Shown: in pieces, positions 23,037-32,490 of the stretch
Position numbering within the stretch: the stretch's first letter is position 1
How the letters are laid out: every line of letters begins with the position of its first letter
Source: an uncultured delta proteobacterium
Lineage (GTDB): Bacteria; Myxococcota_A; Polyangia; Polyangiales; Polyangiaceae
Direction of reading: 5' to 3'
Length of the DNA stretch: 64,000 nucleotides
NCBI GenBank assembly: GCA_963782055.1
Contig: CAWAIF010000003.1
Location: 1,856,001-1,920,000 of the forward strand
Translations under genes and position numbers: made by a program
The notes under the pieces: generated by a model
Told to the model about the DNA's origin: nothing
The model's database searches: none
Seen by the model: the letters and a program-made list of their open reading frames with translations, nothing else

Positions 23037-24296
23037 GTGCACCGGCGAGCTGCCACGACGACGTGCCGGGCGGCGTGGGCGCTGGCCGTCCTGTCCGCCG
23101 CGCTGCTCCTCGCCGCACCCCTGCGCGCGCAGGAGGACGAGGTCGCGGCCCGCGCGCACTTCCGCGCGGGGGTGAAGCGCTTCGACGCGAAGGACTACGA
23201 GCAGGCCCTGACCGAGTTCCAGACGGCGTACGCCGCCAGGCCGTCGCCCACCATCGCGCGCAACGTCGGCCTGACGCAGCGCGCCCTCGGGCGCTACGCC
23301 GACGCGTGCACCACCCTGGACGACATGCTCGCTTCGCCCGCGGGGCTGAAGCCGGACGTCGTGACCGCCACGCGTCGCACCATCGACGAGATGCGCGCGA
23401 AGGTGGCCTTCGTGCACGTGGCGCTCCGGTCCGCGGCCGGGTCCGCGCCGGTGTCGGCGACCCTCTCGGTGGACGGCGAGGCGGTGCCCGCCGCGCGCGT
23501 CGCCCGCGGCCTGTACCTCTCCCCCGGGGACCACTACTTCGCCGCGCGCGCCGCGGGCTACACCGAGGCGGACAAGTCGGAGACGGTCACCGCCGGGCAA
23601 GAGGTCACCGTGGACCTTCTCCTCGCGAGCACCGGCGGTGGGGAGAGCGGCGTGGTCATCAGCAGCCCCGAGGCGCCGCCGCCCGGAGTGACCCTCTCCG
23701 CCGCCCCGGTGGCCGCCCCTGCGCCGGCGTCGCGTCCGCCGCAACGGCATCGCGGGTGGGCCTCCGTCGCGGTGGAGGGCGTGGCCACCGAGCTGCCCGT
23801 CGCGCCCGCGCTGCTGTCGGGTGGAACGCAGCTCCTGGGAGGCATCGGCCTCGCCGGGCACATCGCCTACCAGGCGCTCCCGTTCCTCGCCCTCGGCGCG
23901 GACGCGGAGGCCAACGTCCTGCTGGTCCCGCACCCGGCGAACACCACCTTCTCGGTCTCGCAGATCGGCATCGGGCCGCACGTGCGGTTGATGACCCCCA
24001 ACCGCGTGCATCTCTTCCTGGGCGTGAGCGGGGGCCTCTTCCTCGTCGGGACGTCGACCCAGCTCCCCGGCGAGACCTCGTCGCAGGCCTCGACGGCGTT
24101 CACCGGCTTCGCCCTCGGCGAGGCGGGCGTCGTCGTCGACGTGAGCGAGAAGGTTGGGGTGGAGGTGGAGGGCTACGGGGGCGTCGCGGGGATCGACGGC
24201 TCCCGCAAGGACACCGCGGGCGTCTCGTCGGGCCTCTACACCTCCGGACTGACCTGGCGCGCGGGGGGGCGCGCCGGTGTCCTGTTCCGCTTCTGA
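23037..24296 (+). CDS. Secreted TPR + PEGA-like protein with C-terminal beta-barrel
   Basis: Signal peptide, ARAHFRAGVKRFDAKDY TPR, LSVDG...PGDH PEGA-like segment, and terminal GVLFRF. Confidence 0.8.
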   Translation: MHRRAATTTCRAAWALAVLSAALLLAAPLRAQEDEVAARAHFRAGVKRFDAKDYEQALTEFQTAYAARPSPTIARNVGLTQRALGRYADACTTLDDMLASPAGLKPDVVTATRRTIDEMRAKVAFVHVALRSAAGSAPVSATLSVDGEAVPAARVARGLYLSPGDHYFAARAAGYTEADKSETVTAGQEVTVDLLLASTGGGESGVVISSPEAPPPGVTLSAAPVAAPAPASRPPQRHRGWASVAVEGVATELPVAPALLSGGTQLLGGIGLAGHIAYQALPFLALGADAEANVLLVPHPANTTFSVSQIGIGPHVRLMTPNRVHLFLGVSGGLFLVGTSTQLPGETSSQASTAFTGFALGEAGVVVDVSEKVGVEVEGYGGVAGIDGSRKDTAGVSSGLYTSGLTWRAGGRAGVLFRF

Positions 24297-24368
24297 CCCC
24301 ACCCCACGCCTCCGCCACGCGTAACGCGATGTAACGAGAATCCGGCCGTGGAGCGGCTATTTCGAGGC

Positions 24369-26474
24369 ATGCGCAAGCTCGCCGCCCCCGCCGCCTCCTT
24401 TGTCTCGCTCCTGGCGGTCATCGCCGCCTGTTCCCCCGACGCGACCGAGAACCCGGGCGGCGGCCCGGCGCCCGGCACCGTGGTGGAGGAGGGGAACTAC
24501 ACGCTGACGGTGCTCGCGCCCGCCACGGCGGGGAGCTGCGACGTCCACGCCGAGCAGCCGGCGCACTTCACCGACGCGTCGGCGGCGATGGGCCTCTCCG
24601 GCGTCGCCATGAGCGGCTTCTACTCCGCCGACCTGGACCACGACGGGTACCCCGACCTGGTGCTCCTCTCCGGCGCGGCGAACAAGCGCGGGACCGTGGG
24701 CGACAGCAAGCCGGACGTGCTGGTGCTCATGAACCGCCCCGCCGACGGCGGGGGGCGCACCTTCGTCGACGAGACGGAGAAGAGCGGGCTCTTCCAGACG
24801 CGCGACGCGTCGAGCACCGAGTACCGCATGACGCAGATCGTCTCGATGGCGGACGTGAACAACGACGGCAACCTCGACGTGTTCGCCGGTATCAACTACG
24901 ACCCGAACAACACCGACAAGACCTCGTCCTTCAACCAGGATCGCGACGAGGTCCTGCTCAACGACGGCCACGGTCACTTCTCCCTCGCCCCGCAGTCGGA
25001 CCCCAGCGGGGACACCGAGTCGGACAACACGCAGGCGGTCTTCACCGACGTCGACGACGACGGCTCCCTCGATCTGCTGCTGACCTACTGGTACAAGAAC
25101 TCGCAGGTAAGCGCGATCGGCTCGCAGGCGCAGCTCTTCCACGGCAACGGCGACGGCACCTTCACGAGCATCACCGACGCCGCCGGCCTGACGATGGACA
25201 ACACCGGCTCGACGAAGAGCCTGCTCGACGGCACCAGCTCGCGCCCGGCGTTCGGCACGGTGGCGTGCGATCTGGACGGCGACGGCTACCCGGAGATCCT
25301 GGAGAGCTCCTACGGCGGCCAGTCCAACCTGCTGTTCAAGAACGACGGCAGCGGTAACTTCACGCGCGTCGTCCAGAAGGGCGGCTTCGACGGCGACACC
25401 ACGGTCGACTACCACGACAACGAGTACTTTCGCTGCTACTGCACGCACCACACGGGGGACGCGTACTGCGCGGGCGCGGCCTCGCCCAAGATCGGCTGTC
25501 CGAACGGCGCCAAGGTCGCCTGCGGCGACGCCTCGTGCCCCGTCGACAACTACTGGCAGCTCGGCGTGAGCGACGCGCCTGCGATGGCCAACGGCAACAA
25601 CTTCTCCGCGGCGTGCGGCGACATCGACGGCGACGGAAAGATGGACGTCTTCCAGGGCACCATCCGCCACTGGTGGGCAGGCAACGCCACCGACCCGCCG
25701 CAGGTGCTGCTCAACAAGACGCAGGCGGGGGGCAACATCGATCTGCAGCGCGTCGACCCTGCGCAGGACGGCGTCGTCTTCCCGCACCTCGATCCCATGG
25801 GCTGGAACGAGGGCATCCAGCAGGCGACGCTGGTCGACATGGACAACGACGGACGCACCGACATCCTCACCGGCGGCAGCGACTACGGCTACCAGTGGGG
25901 CCACATGTTCATCCAGCAGACGGACGGCACCTTCCAGGATCTGGCGCAGCAGTGGGGCCTGATGTTCCCCTGCATGGACGGCCTCGCCGTCGCCGACTAC
26001 GACCGCGACGGCGATCTGGACGTTGTCGTGCGCGGGAGCCTCTTCCGCAACTGCGCGAAGAGCGGCGGCGGCTGGGCGGCCATCCCCGGCAAGGACCCCG
26101 GCTTCTCCGGCTACGACGTGCCGGAGGTCCACATCTTCACCAACGACGCCTCCGAGCACTCCAGGTGGCTGGAGCTGCGCCTCGTCGCCACCGACGGCGC
26201 GACCAACGTGATGGGCATCGGCGCCACCGTGAGCGTGACCGTGAATGGTGTCACCCAGACGCAGCAGGTGCTGGGCGCGCACGGCATCGGCGCGGAGAGC
26301 GACGACCCCGGCGTGCTCTTCTTCGGCCTGGGCGCGTGCGGCGCGGTCGACAAGATCGAGGTCCGCTGGCCGAACCAGGACCACACCACCGACACCTGGG
26401 AGAACGTGCCGTCGAACCACCTCGTCGAGCTGCGGCAGGCGGACAAGACGCTCTACGGCGTGAACCTGAAGTAG
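24369..26474 (+). CDS. CRTAC1-family (FG-GAP/VCBS + ASPIC/UnbV) lipoprotein
   Basis: Lipobox IAAC, repeated DxDxDGxxD motifs, and C-terminal IGATV...FFGLG...IEVRWP. Confidence 0.9.
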   Translation: MRKLAAPAASFVSLLAVIAACSPDATENPGGGPAPGTVVEEGNYTLTVLAPATAGSCDVHAEQPAHFTDASAAMGLSGVAMSGFYSADLDHDGYPDLVLLSGAANKRGTVGDSKPDVLVLMNRPADGGGRTFVDETEKSGLFQTRDASSTEYRMTQIVSMADVNNDGNLDVFAGINYDPNNTDKTSSFNQDRDEVLLNDGHGHFSLAPQSDPSGDTESDNTQAVFTDVDDDGSLDLLLTYWYKNSQVSAIGSQAQLFHGNGDGTFTSITDAAGLTMDNTGSTKSLLDGTSSRPAFGTVACDLDGDGYPEILESSYGGQSNLLFKNDGSGNFTRVVQKGGFDGDTTVDYHDNEYFRCYCTHHTGDAYCAGAASPKIGCPNGAKVACGDASCPVDNYWQLGVSDAPAMANGNNFSAACGDIDGDGKMDVFQGTIRHWWAGNATDPPQVLLNKTQAGGNIDLQRVDPAQDGVVFPHLDPMGWNEGIQQATLVDMDNDGRTDILTGGSDYGYQWGHMFIQQTDGTFQDLAQQWGLMFPCMDGLAVADYDRDGDLDVVVRGSLFRNCAKSGGGWAAIPGKDPGFSGYDVPEVHIFTNDASEHSRWLELRLVATDGATNVMGIGATVSVTVNGVTQTQQVLGAHGIGAESDDPGVLFFGLGACGAVDKIEVRWPNQDHTTDTWENVPSNHLVELRQADKTLYGVNLK

Positions 26475-26555
26475 CGCGCGCGGGAGGGTTCTCGCCAACG
26501 GCCCTTCCGCTGGGGAGCGATTCGTGTAGCCTCCGAGCGATCAAAGGAGGAGCCC

Positions 26556-26846
26556 ATGGGTATGACAGGCGATCGCTACGAGGGGACGTTCGACGGCCAC
26601 AAGATCGAGCTCGTGCGGAACAACGTCAACAAGACGCTGAATCTGCTCATCGACGACAACGTCGTCGCGTCGGAGCACCGGTGGCTGCCGAAGGACATCA
26701 CGCTTCACGCCGACTTCGAGCACAAGGGCGTCAAGCACGCGGTGGTGGCGCACCAGCAGGTCAAGCCGCTGCTCGGCCTGCCGATCGCCTGCGATGACAG
26801 CATCGAGATCGACGGCAAGCCGCTCCCGCTCAAGAAGACGAAGTAG
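26556..26846 (+). CDS. Small hypothetical beta-rich protein
   Basis: AAAGGAGGAG RBS and a 96-aa ORF with host codon bias. Confidence 0.8.
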   Translation: MGMTGDRYEGTFDGHKIELVRNNVNKTLNLLIDDNVVASEHRWLPKDITLHADFEHKGVKHAVVAHQQVKPLLGLPIACDDSIEIDGKPLPLKKTK

Positions 26847-26946
26847 GCCGCGTCGAGGTCACTCGCTCATCAGCCGCTGGAGCGGATGCGGCTCCCCGCG
26901 TCAGCCGGGGCGTCTCCAGCCGTCCAGCAGGTGGGTGGGCACCCGC

Positions 26947-26975
26947 TTTACAGAGCCCGGGCCCCGCGCTAGCTT
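26947..26975 (+). promoter_or_regulatory. Putative sigma-70 promoter of tRNA-Glu
   Basis: TTTACA-17 bp-TAGCTT followed by a GC-rich stretch. Confidence 0.55.
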
Positions 26976-27016
26976 CCGCCGCCCGTGTCGCCGGGATCCG
27001 TCCCGGCGTCCACAAC

Positions 27017-27089
27017 GTCCCCATCGTCTAGAGGCCCAGGACCGCGGCTTTTCACGTCGCTAACGGGGGTTCGACTCCCCCTGGGGACG
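27017..27089 (+). tRNA. tRNA-Glu(TTC), CCA not encoded
   Basis: Acceptor GTCCCCA/TGGGGAC, anticodon arm GCGGC-TTTTCAC-GTCGC, T arm GGGGG-TTCGACT-CCCCC. Confidence 0.96.
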
Positions 27090-27157
27090 CTTCGCTCGCA
27101 GGCTCGCTCGCGGCCCAGCTCCCCCACTTCGCGCGGAGGGCGGAGTGGCCGGCCGGC

Positions 27158-28108
27158 TCAGTACTGCGTCTTCATGTACGCGAGCAGGTCGGTCCAGTCC
27201 TGATCTCCGAGCTGCCAGCGCGGCATCGCGGTGTCCAGGGCGTCGCCGTCGGCGCCTATACCCTGCACCACCGCGCGGCGGATGAGCCCGTCGGTGTAGG
27301 TCGGCCCGCGGTCGCCGTCGGTCTCGCGCATCCCCAGCGGATCGGTGAGGTTGCCGTAGGTGATGTCCGGCGCGGTGAGCATCATGGTGCTGCGGCCATG
27401 ACCGTCGGCGCCGTGGCAGCTCGCGCAGGCGTTCATCATCATCCCGATCCCGCCGGTGCGCCCGATGGTCTGGCCGTCCGCGCCAACGCCCTGGTCGTAG
27501 ACGCGCTCACCCAGCGCGACGGGATCGGTCGTGCCGCTCGGCGCGCCGCACCCGTTCATCGTGGGGCCCCACGCATAGGAGCCCCCGCCCATGCCGCCGG
27601 TCATCTGCACGCACCGGTCGTAGGCGTGCCCCGCATCCTCGAGCATCACGCCCACGTGCCGCACCGCCTCGTCCTGGTCGGCGCCCAGATCACCGAGCGT
27701 GCAAGCGACCTGCCGATGCGCGTCCAGCTCGCCGAGCATCGCCTGCGCGACGCAGGCCATGTCCTCGAAGTCGGCGCCCTGGTGCGCGCCCATGAAGCCG
27801 TCCATCGCGCCGCTCATCTGGACCATCTGCTCGATCCACGGGCGGACGGTGGCGTCGTACTGATCGTGCGCCGGCTGGCAGCCCTGCAGCGTCATGCCCT
27901 GCGCGGTCATCGCCGCGCGGTACGCGGTGGCGGCGGACTGCACCTGCCCGGCGAGCGTCTCGTAGGTCGTGATGTTGCTGGCGCCCGCGCTCGTCCCGGC
28001 GTCCTGGCCGTCGCCGGCGGATCCACCCGCGCCGGGAGCCTGCGAGCCCCCGCACGCCATCGCGGCGACGAGCGCGCCGGCGGCAAGAAGAAGATGAATC
28101 GGTCGCAT
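27158..28108 (-). CDS. Met-rich lipoprotein with C-terminal monoheme cytochrome c
   Basis: GAGGAGG RBS, lipobox AMAC, ACASCHGADGHG, and the distal Met motif AMPRW. Confidence 0.88.
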   Translation of the reverse strand: MRPIHLLLAAGALVAAMACGGSQAPGAGGSAGDGQDAGTSAGASNITTYETLAGQVQSAATAYRAAMTAQGMTLQGCQPAHDQYDATVRPWIEQMVQMSGAMDGFMGAHQGADFEDMACVAQAMLGELDAHRQVACTLGDLGADQDEAVRHVGVMLEDAGHAYDRCVQMTGGMGGGSYAWGPTMNGCGAPSGTTDPVALGERVYDQGVGADGQTIGRTGGIGMMMNACASCHGADGHGRSTMMLTAPDITYGNLTDPLGMRETDGDRGPTYTDGLIRRAVVQGIGADGDALDTAMPRWQLGDQDWTDLLAYMKTQY

Positions 28109-28478
28109 CTCGTCCTCCTCACGGCGAGGCTCAGCAAGATGCGCACCTCGTGCGAGAGGCGCGTTTTCCCCCGGGGAAGCGGACGTGCGGCGTGCACACC
28201 GGATGCAGCCGATGCGCACCGTCGCAACGACCGCGTCGAGCCGGCATGCAGCTCATGGTGGAGACCCTCGCCCTCGCGGTCTTTCGCCGCGTCGCGGCCG
28301 CCGAGATCGAGCCGGTGCTCACCGAGCAGGGGCGGGAGGCGCCGACGTTGCACGCCGGCGCACGTCGCGCGCCACGGCGGCCGTGTCGTGTCGCATCCGG
28401 GCAGCCCGCCGCGCGGCACGAAGATTGTTACCTCGTCCCTTCGTGGCTCATCCACCTCCCCCCGCAGGTGTCGCTCGC

Positions 28479-29717
28479 GTGGCCGCGCGGCTGGTCGCGA
28501 CCGCCGTGCTCGCCCTCGTGGTGTTGCTCGGCGTGCGCCCGGCGTGGGCGCAGGTGGCGGCGCCGGACGCGGGCGCCCCCTGCGGGCCGGGTGCGGCGTG
28601 TCCGCTCGACGAGCTACCCGCGCCCGCCTCACCGCCCGCCCAGGCCGGCGCGCCCGCGCCGGTGACCCTCGTCTTCTTCTGGGGGGTCGGCTGCCCGCAC
28701 TGCGAGGAGGCCGCCCCTTTGGTCGACGCGCTGGAGAAGGAGGAGCCGCGCCTGCGCGTGGAGCGCGTCGAGGTGCGCAAGAGCGCGGAGGGCCGGCGGC
28801 GCTTCCTCGACACGATGAAGCGGCTCGACGCCACCGCCATCGGCATCCCCACCTTCGTCGTCGGGGACGCGTACGTCGTCGGGTACGTCAAGGGCGAGAC
28901 GGACCGCGAGGTGCGGGCGATGGCGCGCCGCGCGCTCGGGCCGAAAGGCGCGGTGGCGGCGTCCCCGCTGCGGCGCATCGACCTCCCCCTCGTCGGGAGC
29001 ATCGAGCCGGCGTCGGTGCCGCTGCCGGCGCTCACCCTCCTGATCGGCCTGGTGGACGGCGTGAACCCGTGCGCCATGTGGGTGCTCGTGGTGCTGCTGG
29101 GCATCCTGATCCACGTCCAGTCGTGGCGCCGGATGCTCATGTACGCCGGCACATTCGTCGTGATGTCGGGGGTCGTCTACTTCTTCTTCATGACGGCGTG
29201 GTCCGCGCTCTTCCAGCTCGTGGGCCTCTCGCGCGTCGCGACCATGGTGCTCGGGGGCGCCCTGCTCGGGATGGGCCTGGTCAACATGAAGGACGTGGTG
29301 TGGTTCAAGAAGGGGCCCAGCCTGGTCATCCCGGAGACTGCCAAGCCCCGGCTCTTCCGCCGCATGCGCCGCATCGCCGGCGCCGCGACCACAACCGCCG
29401 CGCTGGGGGGCATCGCCGTGCTCGCCTTCTTCGTCAACCTGATTGAGCTGGGCTGCACGGTCGGCTTCCCGGCCATCTACACGCGCGTCCTGTCCCTGCG
29501 CGGCCTCCCGGCGGGCGCGCGCTACGGGTACCTCGCCCTCTACAACGTCGCGTACGTGGTGCCGCTGCTGCTCATCGTCGCCGCGTTCATCGCCCTCCGG
29601 CGCCGCTTCACCATGAGCGAACGGCTGGCGCGCGGGCTCAAGGGGGTGAGCGGCGTGCTCCTCGCGGCGTTCGGCGCGCTCTTCCTGCTGGCACCCGACC
29701 TGCTGACGGGGGCCTGA
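28479..29717 (+). CDS. Thioredoxin/glutaredoxin fused to CcdA/DsbD-like membrane domain
   Basis: Signal peptide, GCPHC, IPT cis-Pro motif, DGVNPCAMWVL and ELGCTVGFPAIY. Start approximate. Confidence 0.85.
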   Translation: MAARLVATAVLALVVLLGVRPAWAQVAAPDAGAPCGPGAACPLDELPAPASPPAQAGAPAPVTLVFFWGVGCPHCEEAAPLVDALEKEEPRLRVERVEVRKSAEGRRRFLDTMKRLDATAIGIPTFVVGDAYVVGYVKGETDREVRAMARRALGPKGAVAASPLRRIDLPLVGSIEPASVPLPALTLLIGLVDGVNPCAMWVLVVLLGILIHVQSWRRMLMYAGTFVVMSGVVYFFFMTAWSALFQLVGLSRVATMVLGGALLGMGLVNMKDVVWFKKGPSLVIPETAKPRLFRRMRRIAGAATTTAALGGIAVLAFFVNLIELGCTVGFPAIYTRVLSLRGLPAGARYGYLALYNVAYVVPLLLIVAAFIALRRRFTMSERLARGLKGVSGVLLAAFGALFLLAPDLLTGA

Positions 29718-29799
29718 TCGCGCGGCTCCGCCTACGGTCTCGCCCCGCCGGGCCGGCGAGGCTCCCTCCGGCCCGCCAGGTGGTGATAGCATCGGCACG

Positions 29800-30636
29800 A
29801 TGGGGACCCCGAACAGCGAAGTGATCGTCGACACGCAGTGGGTCGAAGATCACCTCCGCGATCCTGCCGTGCGCATCGTGGAGGTGGACGTCGATCCGGT
29901 GAACTACTACGAGGGACACGTCCCCGGTGCCGTCGGCTGGGACTGGGCAGTGCAGCTCTGCGACACGCGGCTGCGCGACATCCTCTCGCCGCTGCAGTTC
30001 GAGGAGCTGATGGGCAGTGCCGGCATCGGCAACGACACCAAGCTCGTGCTCTACGGAGACAGCAACAACTGGTTTGCCGCCTGGGCGTTCTGGCAGGCGA
30101 AGATCTACGGCCACAGAGACGTGGTGCTGGTGGACGGTGGGCGCACCAAGTGGATCGCGGAGGGGCGCCCGCTCACCCGCGAGCTGCCGTCCCACACCCC
30201 CAGCAAGTACACGGCCGCCCGCGCGAGCGCCTCGCTCCGCAGCCTGCTGCCGGAGGTGCGAGACGCCGTCGCCGCCAGGAGCGCCGACCTCGTGGACGTG
30301 CGCAGCCCGCTGGAGTTCACCGGCGAGGTGTTCGCCCCGCCCGGCCTGCCCGAGACGTGCCAGCGCGGCGGTCACGTCCCCGGGGCGGTCAACGTGCCCT
30401 GGGACCGCGCGTGCCGGCCCGACGGCACCTTCAAGAGCGTGGAGGAGCTGCGCGCGCTCTACGGGGCCGCCGGGGTACGCGGCGACAGGCCGGTCATCGC
30501 CTACTGTCGAATCGGCGAACGCTCGAGCCACACGTGGTTCGTGCTCAAGTATCTCCTCGGTTACCCCGACGTGAAGAACTACGACGGCTCGTGGACCGAG
30601 TGGGGGAACCTCGTCAGCGCGCCCATCGAGAGGTGA
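29800..30636 (+). CDS. Thiosulfate sulfurtransferase (tandem rhodanese, CysA/SseA type)
   Basis: GHVPGA twice, active site YCRIGERS, and NYDGSWTEW. Confidence 0.95.
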   Translation: MGTPNSEVIVDTQWVEDHLRDPAVRIVEVDVDPVNYYEGHVPGAVGWDWAVQLCDTRLRDILSPLQFEELMGSAGIGNDTKLVLYGDSNNWFAAWAFWQAKIYGHRDVVLVDGGRTKWIAEGRPLTRELPSHTPSKYTAARASASLRSLLPEVRDAVAARSADLVDVRSPLEFTGEVFAPPGLPETCQRGGHVPGAVNVPWDRACRPDGTFKSVEELRALYGAAGVRGDRPVIAYCRIGERSSHTWFVLKYLLGYPDVKNYDGSWTEWGNLVSAPIER

Positions 30637-30640
30637 TGCC

Positions 30641-30961
30641 ATGAGCGGTGAATCCAAGGCCGAGCCGAAGGGTCGTACATTCCGTCCCAGGGACTACACG
30701 AAGCGCGCCGCCGAGCTCGATGGCTGGCCCATCGGCGTCACCTCGTACTGGATCGAGCAGCGGTGCGTCGTGCTGGTCGACAACGTGGACCCCGGCGCCA
30801 CCATCGCCCGGGCGGAGGGGGACTCCCTCGAGGCGACCGAGCGCGCCGCCCTGGAGATCGCGCGCCGGCGTCTGAGCGGCACCGCGCGCCGGCGCGAGGC
30901 CCTGCGGGACCTGCACGAGAGCGTCGCCAGCATGGAAGAGGCCGTGCGCTCGAGGCGTTGA
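30641..30961 (+). CDS. Hypothetical protein
   Basis: GAGAGG RBS and VDNVDPGATIARAEG motif. Coupled to the rhodanese gene. Confidence 0.75.
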   Translation: MSGESKAEPKGRTFRPRDYTKRAAELDGWPIGVTSYWIEQRCVVLVDNVDPGATIARAEGDSLEATERAALEIARRRLSGTARRREALRDLHESVASMEEAVRSRR

Positions 30962-31512
30962 TGCGGCGCCTCGCGCCGTTCCTCTTCTTGTTGCTCCTCG
31001 CCTCCGGCGCCTCCGCGTCCGCCACGCACCCCTACGACCGCCAGCCTCCGCCCACGATCTACTGGATGCTCGCGCAGGCCGTCCCCAGCCCGGAGGTGGG
31101 GTTCGGCGGCGAGCGCGCGGCCTTCGGCGTGCGCTGGCAGCTCACGCCGCTGCTCTACTCGTGGGGCATCTACCACAAGCTCTCGCCCTACCGCTTCTTC
31201 GTGGTCGAACCCGGCACGCGCAACGCCGGATCCATCGCGCTGCGGGTGGCGCCGGAGTACCTCTCGACGGCGGCGTCCGGGTCGGAGTGGGGCGTCTGGG
31301 TGGGCGTGCGCTCCACCTTCCCGCTGGTCGAGCACGGCGAGCGGCTGGCCGCGTCGATCGGGGCGGCGGCGCTGCTGCGCCGGGGCCAGGTGTATCCCGC
31401 GCTGGAGGCCGGCGCGGAGATCGCGTTCGGGGTGGTGGGCCTCTTCGTGACCTACGCGCCGTCCTTCGACGAGGCCCCGTGCATCGTCACGCTCCGCGTG
31501 AGGTACTTCTGA
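30961..31512 (+). CDS. Small secreted/outer-membrane protein
   Basis: TGATG coupling, signal peptide MRRLAPFLFLLLLASGASA, and terminal LRVRYF. Confidence 0.75.
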   Translation: MRRLAPFLFLLLLASGASASATHPYDRQPPPTIYWMLAQAVPSPEVGFGGERAAFGVRWQLTPLLYSWGIYHKLSPYRFFVVEPGTRNAGSIALRVAPEYLSTAASGSEWGVWVGVRSTFPLVEHGERLAASIGAAALLRRGQVYPALEAGAEIAFGVVGLFVTYAPSFDEAPCIVTLRVRYF

Positions 31513-32399
31513 TGCGCGCGCGGGTCCTCGGCGTGGCGCTGGCGCTCGCCGCCGCCGGCTGCTCCGCGGCGTTTCACGAGACGGCGCCGCCGCCTCACGT
31601 CGTCACTCACGTGCGTGTCGCCGGCGCGCGCCTGGCCGTGACGTGGGTCGGCCACGCCACGATGCTCGTGCAGATGGACGACCGCTACGTGCTCACCGAC
31701 CCCGTCTTCACGACGCTGATCGGCGGCTTCTCGCGGCGCAAGGTGGGCGTGCCGCTCGACCCGAAGAGCCTGCCGCCGCTCGACGCCGTGCTCGTCTCGC
31801 ACGTCCACTTCGATCACCTCTCGCTCGGCTCGCTCGCCGCGATCGAGCCGAAGGTGCGACGCCTCTACATGCCGGAGGGCGGGCTCGAGTACCTGACCGA
31901 CTTCTCCTTCGACGCGGTGGACCTGGCGCGCTTCGAGACGGTGGACGACCGCGGGCTGCGGATCACCGCGGTGCCCGTCCATCACGTCGGCGGGCGCTAC
32001 GGCCTGGACTCCACGTGGTCGCACGCCTTCACCGGGTACGTGGTGCAGTACCACGGCATGACCGTCTACTTCGCCGGCGACACCGCGTACTCCAGCAGCG
32101 ACTTCGCCGCGACGCGGCGGCGCTTCGGGCACATCGATCTTGCGCTGTTGCCCATCGCGCCAATGCACCCACGCACCATCATGCACGCGCTGCACATGGA
32201 TCCCGACGAGGCGCTCGACGCCTTCCGCGATCTGGGCGCCGCGCGCATGATCCCGATGCACTTCGACACCTTCGTCGACTCGCTCGACGAGCCCCACGAG
32301 GCGCGCGACAGGCTGCAGGGACTCGTCGCGAGCCGCGACCTGGGCGATCGCGTCTCGGTGCTGGAGATCGGCCAGCAGGCGATTATCATCCCTCGGTGA
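31512..32399 (+). CDS. MBL-fold metallo-hydrolase lipoprotein (NAPE-PLD/RomA-like)
   Basis: Lipobox AAGC, WVGHAT, TDPVF, SHVHFDH, FAGDT, LPIA, HMDP and PMHF. Confidence 0.9.
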   Translation: MRARVLGVALALAAAGCSAAFHETAPPPHVVTHVRVAGARLAVTWVGHATMLVQMDDRYVLTDPVFTTLIGGFSRRKVGVPLDPKSLPPLDAVLVSHVHFDHLSLGSLAAIEPKVRRLYMPEGGLEYLTDFSFDAVDLARFETVDDRGLRITAVPVHHVGGRYGLDSTWSHAFTGYVVQYHGMTVYFAGDTAYSSSDFAATRRRFGHIDLALLPIAPMHPRTIMHALHMDPDEALDAFRDLGAARMIPMHFDTFVDSLDEPHEARDRLQGLVASRDLGDRVSVLEIGQQAIIIPR

Positions 32400-32490
32400 G
32401 GCGCCTCGCCCGCCCGATGGGAGGGCCCCGACCCGGGCGCCTGGGCAAAGTTTGCGAGGAGCGGGGCCGGTCTGCGATATTGCGATTCCA

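Noticed and set aside
26860..26880. Hammerhead ribozyme (CTGATGAG on the minus strand)
   Set aside because: No correctly placed GAAA or three-stem junction.
27017..27089. Prophage or ICE integrated at tRNA-Glu
   Set aside because: No integrase and no duplicated tRNA 3' end was found in the window.
29800..32399. Rhodanese + persulfide dioxygenase sulfur-oxidation pair
   Set aside because: The MBL protein is a NAPE-PLD/RomA-type lipoprotein, not ETHE1-like.
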